From Candidatus Woesearchaeota archaeon (GTDB lineage Archaea > Nanobdellota > Nanobdellia > SCGC-AAA011-G17 > UBA489), in the NCBI GenBank assembly GCA_018658265.1, contig JABHVN010000045.1, positions 1 to 44,568 of the forward strand: a DNA stretch of 44,568 nucleotides. The letters are read 5' to 3'. Numbering within the stretch: position 1 is the stretch's first letter; each line of letters opens with the position of its first letter. Shown here piece after piece: positions 26,932 to 34,864 of the stretch. The notes beneath the pieces are model-generated. The model did no database searches. It was not told the origin of the DNA and saw only the letters and a program-made list of their open reading frames with translations. Both the position numbers and the translations under genes were made by a program.

Positions 26932-28348
26932 TTTAGATTACAAAAAATTAGGTTTCAAATGCGGGTTAGAAATTCATCAGCAATTAGAAACTCACAAATT
27001 ATTCTGCAATTGTCCTTCGATTGTCCATGATAGTAACCCTAATATTAAAATTAAAAGAAAATTAAGAGCTGTTGCAGGAGAAACCGGGAAAGTTGATGCA
27101 GCTGCAGCATATGAGATAAAAAAAGATCTAAAAAATGTTTATGAAGCTTGTTCATCTTCTTCTTGTTTAATTGAGTTAGATGAAGAACCTCCAAAAGAAG
27201 TTAACAAAGATGCTTTAGATATAGTTCTTCAAGTTGCATTATTGCTTAACGCAAAACCTGTTGATGAAATTAGAGTTATGAGAAAAACTGTTGTAGATGG
27301 TTCAAATGTTTCCGGTTTCCAGAGAACAATGTTAGTTGCAACAGATGGGTTCATTGAAACTTCAAAGGGAAAAGTAATTGTTGATTCAATTTGTTTAGAA
27401 GAGGAATCTGCAAAAAAAGTTGAAAAGAAAGATGATTATGTCAAATTTAGATTGGACCGTTTAGGAGTTCCATTAATTGAAATTGCAACAGATGCTTCAA
27501 TTAAAGATCCAGAACATTGTAAAGAAGTAGCGTCCTTGTTAGGGATGATTCTAAGGTCTACAAACCATGTTAAAAGGGGAATAGGGACAATTAGACAAGA
27601 CGTAAACGTTTCTATTAAAGGGCATCCCAGAGTTGAAATCAAAGGTTTTCAAGATCTAAAAAGCATTCCAAAGATTATACTCTACGAAACTAAGAGGGAA
27701 ATATCTGAAATAAAATCTAAGAAAAAAACTGCATCCCATGTAAGAAAAGCAGATCCAGATTTTACAACCTCATACTTAAGACCTATGCCCGGAGCAGCAA
27801 GAATGTATCCCGAAACAGACGTACCTCCAATTCCATTAGAAAAAGAATTATTATTGAAAATAAAACTTCCAGAACTAATAACTGAAAAAGTAATGAAGTT
27901 AGAAAAAAGATACAATTTATCTTCACAATTAGCACAAGAATTAGTTCACAATGAAGATTTTGAAAAGTATGTTAAAACCTTCAAAATATCTCCTGAACTA
28001 ATTGCCAAATCTTTAATCGAAGTTCCTAAAGAAATATCTAAGAGATTTAATTTAACTACTGAAAAAATAAACAATTCCAGTTATGAAGAAGTTTTCAAAG
28101 CAGTTGAAAATAAAACAATTAATGAATCTGCAATCTTGGAAATTTTAACAGACGTTGCTAAAGGAAATAAAATAGATTTAAAGAAATTTAAAAAAGTTTC
28201 AACTTCAGGAATAGAATCTGAAATAAAAACAATGGTCCAAGCTAATAAAAAACTCTCTCCAAATGCTATAATGGGAATGGTTATGGCAAAATACCGTGGA
28301 AAAGTTGATGGAAAGAAAGTAATGGAAATAATTAAGGCAAATCTATAA
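26924..28348 (+). CDS. gatE: Glu-tRNA(Gln) amidotransferase subunit E (insertion domain absent)
   Basis: GFKCGLEIHQQL, RKTVVDGSNVSGFQRT, DRLGVPLIEI, KRGIGTIRQD, RPMPGAARMYPETD; 474 aa. Confidence 0.96.
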   Translation: MTDLDYKKLGFKCGLEIHQQLETHKLFCNCPSIVHDSNPNIKIKRKLRAVAGETGKVDAAAAYEIKKDLKNVYEACSSSSCLIELDEEPPKEVNKDALDIVLQVALLLNAKPVDEIRVMRKTVVDGSNVSGFQRTMLVATDGFIETSKGKVIVDSICLEEESAKKVEKKDDYVKFRLDRLGVPLIEIATDASIKDPEHCKEVASLLGMILRSTNHVKRGIGTIRQDVNVSIKGHPRVEIKGFQDLKSIPKIILYETKREISEIKSKKKTASHVRKADPDFTTSYLRPMPGAARMYPETDVPPIPLEKELLLKIKLPELITEKVMKLEKRYNLSSQLAQELVHNEDFEKYVKTFKISPELIAKSLIEVPKEISKRFNLTTEKINNSSYEEVFKAVENKTINESAILEILTDVAKGNKIDLKKFKKVSTSGIESEIKTMVQANKKLSPNAIMGMVMAKYRGKVDGKKVMEIIKANL

Positions 28349-28388
28349 TATCAACAATTTTAAATACTCTTCAGAATTATTCTAAACC

Positions 28389-29738
28389 ATGTTAAGAACT
28401 CATACTTGCGGAGAATTAAGAAAAGAACACGCAGGAAAAGAGGTAACTCTTTGCGGATGGGTAGAAGCCCACAGAGTACAAGGAAAGCTTTCTTTTATCA
28501 TGATTAGAGATAGATATGGTGTTACTCAAGTATTTGTTAACCCTAAATTAACTGCAGAATTCAATAACATTTCAAAAGAATCTGTGATTAGCATTACTGG
28601 CGAAGTAAAAGAAAGACCAGAAAATCAAATCAAGGCAGATATGGTTACTGGAGAAATTGAACTTTCTGCAAAGGAAATTAAAATTCTAAACAAATCTGAA
28701 GAAATTCCATTAGATCCTGAAACAAGTAGTGAAGAAACAAGATTAAAATATAGATATTTAGATTTAAGATCAGAACGTATGCAAAAAAACCTATTGCTAA
28801 GGCATAAAGTTGTAGAAATAATTAATTCTTTTTTATCTAATGAAAAATTCATAGGAATAGAAACTCCTTTGTTAGCTAAATCAACACCAGAAGGTGCAAG
28901 AGATTATTTAGTTCCTTCAAGAAAATTCCCAGGAAAGTTTTTCGCACTTCCACAATCTCCACAACTATTCAAACAATTATTGATGGTTGCAGGTTATGAT
29001 AAATATTATCAAATTGCAAGATGTTTAAGGGATGAAGATTTAAGATCTGACAGACAACCAGAGTTCACACAGTTAGATATTGAAATGTCATTTGTTGAAG
29101 AAGAAGACATTTACTCTCTTAGTGAAACGTTAATGAAGAAAGTTTTCAAGGAAGCATTAGACATAGATCTTAAAGTTCCATTTCCAAGAATGACTTACAA
29201 AGAAGCAATGGAAAAACACAAATCTGACAAACCTAATTTATCCAAATCAAAAGATGATTTTCAATTCTTATGGGTTCATGAATTCCCAATGTTAGAATTC
29301 TCTGAAGAAGAAGGAAGACATGTAGCAGTGCATCATCCGTTCACAGCTCCAAGAGAAGAAGATTTAAGTTTAATTGAAAAAGATCCTACTAACGTTAGGT
29401 CTCATGGTTATGACTTAGTTTTAAACGGCTTCGAAATAGCAGGAGGATCCATAAGGAATCATAATTCAGAAATTCAACAAAGAATTTTCAAGGCATTAAA
29501 CATAGAAGAAAAAGAAGCTAAGGAGAAGTTTGGATTCTTAATTAATGCATTAAAACAAGGAGCTCCGCCACATGGAGGAATTGCATTTGGTTTAGATAGA
29601 TTAATTGCAGTAATGGCTAAAGAAGATTCAATCAGAGATGTAATTCCCTTTCCAAAAAATAAAGATGCAAAAGATTTAATGTTAGACTCGCCTTCAGAAG
29701 TTTCAGAAGAACAACTAAAGGAATTGAAATTAAAATGA
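28389..29738 (+). CDS. aspS: Aspartyl-tRNA synthetase, bacterial type, lacking GAD domain
   Basis: MLRTHTCGELR, STPEGARDYLVPSR, LPQSPQLFKQLLM, RDEDLRSDRQPEFTQLD, HHPFT, PPHGGIAFGLDR. Confidence 0.96.
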   Translation: MLRTHTCGELRKEHAGKEVTLCGWVEAHRVQGKLSFIMIRDRYGVTQVFVNPKLTAEFNNISKESVISITGEVKERPENQIKADMVTGEIELSAKEIKILNKSEEIPLDPETSSEETRLKYRYLDLRSERMQKNLLLRHKVVEIINSFLSNEKFIGIETPLLAKSTPEGARDYLVPSRKFPGKFFALPQSPQLFKQLLMVAGYDKYYQIARCLRDEDLRSDRQPEFTQLDIEMSFVEEEDIYSLSETLMKKVFKEALDIDLKVPFPRMTYKEAMEKHKSDKPNLSKSKDDFQFLWVHEFPMLEFSEEEGRHVAVHHPFTAPREEDLSLIEKDPTNVRSHGYDLVLNGFEIAGGSIRNHNSEIQQRIFKALNIEEKEAKEKFGFLINALKQGAPPHGGIAFGLDRLIAVMAKEDSIRDVIPFPKNKDAKDLMLDSPSEVSEEQLKELKLK

Positions 29739-31018
29739 AAGAATTTATTTCAATCCAAGAAGCACTTAACAAAGGAAAGGGAGAAGTTTCAGTTAGAGGT
29801 TGGGCTCACAGAGAAAGAGGTTCAAACAAATTAAAGTTTATAGTTCTTAGAGATTCATCAAACATAATCCAATGTGTAATCAAACCTGAAAATAAATTCT
29901 GGGATGAGGCACAAAAAGTAACAGTTGAATCCTCTGTAGAAATTACGGGTACCCTAAAGGCAGACGAACGTGCACCAACAGGTTTCGAATTACAAGTAAC
30001 AGACTTAAAATTAATTGGTTCAAGTGACTCATTTCCAATAAGTAGGGACGTTAGTCCTGAATTTTTGTTGGATGTTAGGCATTTATACTTAAGGAGTAGA
30101 AAATTAACTGCAGTAATGAAGGTAAGACACACAGTTTTACAAGCATTTAGAGACTATTTCTTAAAAGAAGGATATTTTGAGTTTACTCCACCAGTATTAC
30201 AACCTACCCAAAGCGAAGGTGGAAGTACATTATTCGAAGTTAAATATTACAAGGAGAAAATGTATCTTGCCCAAACTTGGCAATTATATGGAGAAGCTTC
30301 AATTTTTTCATTAGAAAAAACATTTTGTTTAAGTCCTACATTTAGAGCAGAAAAAAGCAAAACTTCCAGACATTTGAGTGAATTCATTATGGCTGAAATG
30401 GAAGCAGCTTGGATGGATTTGCCTGGACTTGCAGATCATGCAGAAAATCTACTAAGATTCATAATACAAAGAGTTCTCAAAGAAAGAAAAGAAGATTTGA
30501 AAATTTTAGAAAGGGATGTTGAAACTCTAAAAAAAGCAGATGCACCTTTCAAAAGAATGACTTATTCAGAAGTTTTAGAATTATTAGAAAAAAAAGATGG
30601 TATGAAAGTTAAATGGGGAAAAGATCTCAGAACTGTTGAAGAAGACAATTTATCCAAACATTTCGACACACCAGTAATAGTAACGCATTATCCTGAAGAT
30701 ATTATGGCATTCTACAAACCTCCAAGTGGGGATGGAAAAACATCTCTTTGTATGGACGTAATAGCTCCAGAAGGTTATGGAGAGATAATTGGTGGAAGCC
30801 AAAGAGATTTAGATATTGAAAGAATGTCTGATAAACTAAAAAAAGAGGGAGAGGACCCAAAAGATTACCAATTTTATTGGGATCTAAGAAACTATGGTTC
30901 GGTGCCTCATTCAGGTTTTGGACTTGGTGTAGAAAGAGTAGTTGCATGGATGTGCGGAATTGATAATGTAAAAGATGCAATTGGATTCCCAAGAACCATG
31001 ACTAGGTTTAAACCTTGA
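29735..31018 (+). CDS. asnS: Asparaginyl-tRNA synthetase
   Basis: EGGSTLF, YLAQTWQLY, FRAEKSKTSRHLSEF, GEIIGGSQR, VPHSGFGLGVER; ATGA overlap with aspS. Confidence 0.95.
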   Translation: MKEFISIQEALNKGKGEVSVRGWAHRERGSNKLKFIVLRDSSNIIQCVIKPENKFWDEAQKVTVESSVEITGTLKADERAPTGFELQVTDLKLIGSSDSFPISRDVSPEFLLDVRHLYLRSRKLTAVMKVRHTVLQAFRDYFLKEGYFEFTPPVLQPTQSEGGSTLFEVKYYKEKMYLAQTWQLYGEASIFSLEKTFCLSPTFRAEKSKTSRHLSEFIMAEMEAAWMDLPGLADHAENLLRFIIQRVLKERKEDLKILERDVETLKKADAPFKRMTYSEVLELLEKKDGMKVKWGKDLRTVEEDNLSKHFDTPVIVTHYPEDIMAFYKPPSGDGKTSLCMDVIAPEGYGEIIGGSQRDLDIERMSDKLKKEGEDPKDYQFYWDLRNYGSVPHSGFGLGVERVVAWMCGIDNVKDAIGFPRTMTRFKP

Positions 31019-31106
31019 AAAAAATCCATAAAAACACAGAAAGTTTTATATACAAAATAACTTCTTTATTTTTGAAATAAAATTATATATGTGATACCAC
31101 TTTAAA

Positions 31107-31991
31107 ATGGACATTGACGAATACTTAAAAAAGAAAAAAGAACTTGAACATAAGAAAGACGTTCTAGAGACTAAAAACAAAGAAGATAAGAAAAAGCACG
31201 ACCATTCTAAAAAAGAAGTTGAAATTACTAGAAAAAGAGAAATAACTCATAATCCTCGTAATAATAGCCATTCAAAAGGAAATGGTGGAAATGACAATAT
31301 TCACTGGGTATTTTTAGGTCTAGCATTCTTTGTAGCATTAATAATTTTAGGTATTTTCTTTATTTCTAAATTCATGGGAGTAGATACATCTGCTTCTGAA
31401 AAAGATAGTGATGTAGAAATATTACAAAAACAGTTAGAAGATCTTCAAAAGGCAATTAACAATACTCAAGAAGACATTGTAGTGGAAGTTAATGAAACTG
31501 AAGATGAAGAAACAAATGAAACAGTATCTACTATAGGTCCCGAATTTAAATTATATCTAGTTGATGAACATACTGACGGCATTAGCCTAGGTACATTCGG
31601 ATCAAATGGTAAAATTGCAGGAAATTTAATCCAAATATGGACTGATGATGAGTCCGCAATTTACAATTACAGAATATTTGTAGAAAATTTAGAATTAACA
31701 GAGATACAATGTAAGCTTGATAAAAAAACAGAAATTGATGAAGACCAAGACGGAGAGATTGATGAAACAGATTATCATTTAGACAGATACATCTTAGAGA
31801 TGGCTGTTGGAGATGAAGAAATTCTTAATGATGCAGTGAATGGCATTGGAAAGATTACTGTAGAATATGAAGCAAGATGTTATTTCTGTGAACATTCTAA
31901 TTGTGACAAAGTATTCCTTGGTGGAGAAACCGTAGAAACAGCTAAACTAAAAGTAAACATTCAAACTAATGAAGTAAACGAAACTGCTTAG
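31107..31991 (+). CDS. Single-pass membrane protein with acidic extracellular domain
   Basis: Charged N-terminus, TM near aa 66-90, short coiled coil, DEDQDGEIDE loop, CYFCEHSNC. Confidence 0.8.
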   Translation: MDIDEYLKKKKELEHKKDVLETKNKEDKKKHDHSKKEVEITRKREITHNPRNNSHSKGNGGNDNIHWVFLGLAFFVALIILGIFFISKFMGVDTSASEKDSDVEILQKQLEDLQKAINNTQEDIVVEVNETEDEETNETVSTIGPEFKLYLVDEHTDGISLGTFGSNGKIAGNLIQIWTDDESAIYNYRIFVENLELTEIQCKLDKKTEIDEDQDGEIDETDYHLDRYILEMAVGDEEILNDAVNGIGKITVEYEARCYFCEHSNCDKVFLGGETVETAKLKVNIQTNEVNETA

Positions 31992-32119
31992 TTAACTATA
32001 TTTTTTATTTTGTCTATTACAAATTCACCAGTAATGCTAATTGCTTCTTTGGTAAAATCGGTATAGAAATATAAACCTATAACTGCTATAATCAGTAAAA
32101 TTATCAATAATGTCTTCAT
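31988..32119 (-). CDS. Small membrane protein (43 aa), below the ORF-track cutoff
   Basis: Hand translation MKTLLIILLIIAVIGLYFYTDFTKEAISITGEFVIDKIKNIVN; TTATAA about 23 nt upstream; stop overlaps the convergent gene's stop. Confidence 0.7.
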   Translation of the reverse strand: MKTLLIILLIIAVIGLYFYTDFTKEAISITGEFVIDKIKNIVN

Positions 32120-32197
32120 AAATTATAGAATATGTCTAAAACTTATAACTCTTTTGATAGAATAGCTTAAATAAGTTCTAATTTTTATGAGTTCATT

Positions 32198-32271
32198 GGG
32201 CCCGTAGCATAATCTGGATAGTGCGGCCGGCTTCGGACCGGTTGATCAAGGTTCAAATCCTTGCGGGCTCA
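32198..32271 (+). tRNA. tRNA-Arg (anticodon TCG), intronless, CCA not encoded
   Basis: Acceptor GGGCCCG/CGGGCTC, D arm GCAT/GTGC, anticodon arm GCCGG-CTTCGGA-CCGGT, T arm CAAGG-TTCAAAT-CCTTG. Confidence 0.95.
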
Positions 32272-32313
32272 TCCCAAAACCTATTTAAACTAATCTTTGG
32301 TCTACTCTTTACG

Positions 32314-33375
32314 GTGATACAAGACATTCTTTATGGGAGATTTTTAGAAAATCCTTATTACAGATTCATATTCATAGCATTTGCTTTTTACATTTTATCC
32401 AAAATAGTTCAAGTTTTAATTTTAGGAAATTTAAGAAGACTAGCAAAGAAAACAAAAAATACAATTGATGATACTTTAATTGATTCAACAAGAAAACCTT
32501 TAATTAAATTTTTAGTATTGATGGGTATAAAGATAGCAGTTAATGTTCTACCTTTTTCAGAAACAGTTCTAACAAATTTCCACCACATAATTAATACGTT
32601 AATGATAGTTGTAGTTATAGGATTATTAGTAAAAATAAGTGATGTTCTGTTAAACACTTGGGGAAAACATTGGGCAGAAAAAACTGAAAGTAGTTTAGAC
32701 GATGAATTGTTACCTTTGTTACATAAAGTTGTACACGCAGTAGTTATCATATTAGGAATATTTTTCATCCTAGGTGAATGGAATATAGATGTAACTGGAT
32801 TACTTGCAGGAGTAGGTATAGCAGGGTTAGCAATAGGGTTTGCAGTAAAAGATAGCCTATCTAACATATTTGGAGGCATTAGCATTATCTTAGACAAGGC
32901 AATAAAGGTTGGAGATGTAGTTAAATTAGATGATGGTAAAAGTGGAACAATCCTAGATGTAGGATTAAGAAGTACAAAATTAAGAACATGGAACAATGAA
33001 TTACTAATTATCCCTAATGGAAAACTAGCAAACACTACAATTCAAAATTACAAAAAACCAGATTTAAGCGTTCGTGGAGAAGTTAACTTCGGAGTAGAAT
33101 ATGGTGCAAACACTACTAGTGTAAAGAAAATTGTTAAAGATGCAATAAAAACCATAAAAACCGTTATACCTAATAGTACAAAAAAACCTATTCAAGTTTT
33201 ATTTTTGAACATGGGCGATTCTGCATTAGAATTCAAAGCAAGATTCTGGGTTACAGATTATTCAGATAAGTTTTCAGCAGAATTAGATGCAACAGAAAAG
33301 ATCTACAATGCATTAAACAAAAGCAAGATAGGAATACCTTTCCCAACAAGAACAGTATATCTCAAGAAGGAATAA
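32314..33375 (+). CDS. mscS: Small-conductance mechanosensitive channel
   Basis: LLAGVGIAGLAIGFAVKDSLSNIFGG, VGLRSTKLRT, IPNGKL, IPFPTRT; start moved to GTG 32314 because the longer ORF overlaps the tRNA. Confidence 0.93.
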   Translation: MIQDILYGRFLENPYYRFIFIAFAFYILSKIVQVLILGNLRRLAKKTKNTIDDTLIDSTRKPLIKFLVLMGIKIAVNVLPFSETVLTNFHHIINTLMIVVVIGLLVKISDVLLNTWGKHWAEKTESSLDDELLPLLHKVVHAVVIILGIFFILGEWNIDVTGLLAGVGIAGLAIGFAVKDSLSNIFGGISIILDKAIKVGDVVKLDDGKSGTILDVGLRSTKLRTWNNELLIIPNGKLANTTIQNYKKPDLSVRGEVNFGVEYGANTTSVKKIVKDAIKTIKTVIPNSTKKPIQVLFLNMGDSALEFKARFWVTDYSDKFSAELDATEKIYNALNKSKIGIPFPTRTVYLKKE

Positions 33376-33406
33376 CATTTATATAACTAAATTCGTTCAC
33401 AATCAA

Positions 33407-34864
33407 ATGTCAAAAAAGACCAATGAAGGTATCACAGTAAAAAAGAACGAAGACTTCTCAGAATGGTACTCTCAAGTAGTTCAAAAGGCAGAATTAGCAG
33501 ATATTAGATATGGTGTACAAGGATTTATTGTACATTCTCCATGGGGTTTTAAGATTCTAAGAAGAATATATGAATTACTAGAACAAGATGTAGAAGCAGA
33601 TGACCATGAACCTTTCTTATTTCCTTTAGTAATTAAAAAAGAAAATTTAGACAAGGAAGAAGAACATGCAGGGTTTGCTCCAGAAGTATTTTGGGTAACA
33701 AAATCTGGAAGTAAAAAAATGGAAGAAGAAGTTGCTCTTCGTCCAACGGGAGAAACTCAAATTTATCCTATGTATTCATTATGGATAAGAAGTTATAACG
33801 ACTTACCTTACAAGGGATATCAATCAAGAATTTGTACTTACAGAAGTGAAAAAACAACAAGGCCGTTCTTAAGGGGAAGAGAATTTATGTTCTTTGAAAC
33901 TCATGATGTTTTTGCAACACATGATGATGCATTGGAACAAGTTGAAAAAGATTTAACAACTTCGGATGAAGTAATTTGGAAACAATGTAAAATTCCATTC
34001 TTATCTTTCAAAAGACCCCAATGGGACAAATTTATGGGTGCGTTAAACACTTTTACTCCAGATACCTTAATGCCTGATGGGAAAAGAAACCAAATGGCCT
34101 CAACACATGACCTAGGTCAAAATTTTGCAAAAGCATTCGATATAAATTTCCAAGACAAAGATGGAAAACAAAAACTTCCTTGGCAAACTTGCTACGGTCC
34201 AGGCATATGGAGAATTATGGCTGCCCTAATAGGCATTCACGGCGATGATACTGGCCTAATCCTTCCATTTGATCTAGCGCCAAAAAAGGTAGTTATTGTC
34301 CCAATTTTCAAAGAAGGAAGTAAAGATTCAGTAATAAAATACTGCGAAGACCTAAAGAAAAGTTTAGATTTTTCTTGTATTGTTGATTCTACAGATGCAA
34401 CTCCTGGATTCAAATACAATAAATGGGAAATGAAAGGCGTTCCAATTAGAATAGAAGTTGGACCTAAAGAAGTTTCAGAAAAGACTGCAACAGTTGTACT
34501 AAGAACTGACAAAACAAAAACTTCAGTTAAAATAGAAGATATTAATTCAGAAATAAAAAAACAATCTCTAACACTAGACAAAGAAATAGAAAAAAGGGCA
34601 AAAGTTTATTTCAAAGATAATACTCATGATGCAAAAGATCTAAATGAGTTAAAGAAAATTATGAAATCTCACAGGGGATTTGTAAGAGTTCCTTTCTGTT
34701 CAGTTGAAAAAGACGGGGAGAAATGTGCTGACAAATTGAAAGAATTAACAGATGGAGTTAATGTTTGTGGAACATTATATCCTAAAGAAGAAAAAGCATC
34801 TGGAAACTGTATAATGTGTGATAAAAAAGCAAAGCATATTGTTTATACAGCTAAATCTTATTAG
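33407..34864 (+). CDS. proS: Prolyl-tRNA synthetase, archaeal/eukaryotic type
   Basis: DFSEWYSQV, LRPTGET, TRPFLRGREF, HDLGQNFAKAF, C-terminal Zn domain ending AKSY. Confidence 0.97.
   Translation: MSKKTNEGITVKKNEDFSEWYSQVVQKAELADIRYGVQGFIVHSPWGFKILRRIYELLEQDVEADDHEPFLFPLVIKKENLDKEEEHAGFAPEVFWVTKSGSKKMEEEVALRPTGETQIYPMYSLWIRSYNDLPYKGYQSRICTYRSEKTTRPFLRGREFMFFETHDVFATHDDALEQVEKDLTTSDEVIWKQCKIPFLSFKRPQWDKFMGALNTFTPDTLMPDGKRNQMASTHDLGQNFAKAFDINFQDKDGKQKLPWQTCYGPGIWRIMAALIGIHGDDTGLILPFDLAPKKVVIVPIFKEGSKDSVIKYCEDLKKSLDFSCIVDSTDATPGFKYNKWEMKGVPIRIEVGPKEVSEKTATVVLRTDKTKTSVKIEDINSEIKKQSLTLDKEIEKRAKVYFKDNTHDAKDLNELKKIMKSHRGFVRVPFCSVEKDGEKCADKLKELTDGVNVCGTLYPKEEKASGNCIMCDKKAKHIVYTAKSY

Noticed and set aside
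32198-32271. tRNA as an integration site for a mobile element
   Set aside because: No integrase and no duplicated tRNA 3' end noticed in the window.
32221-32313. N-terminal extension of MscS in the ORF track
   Set aside because: Overlaps tRNA-Arg; GTG 32314 with a TATA-like box about 25 nt upstream is the better start.
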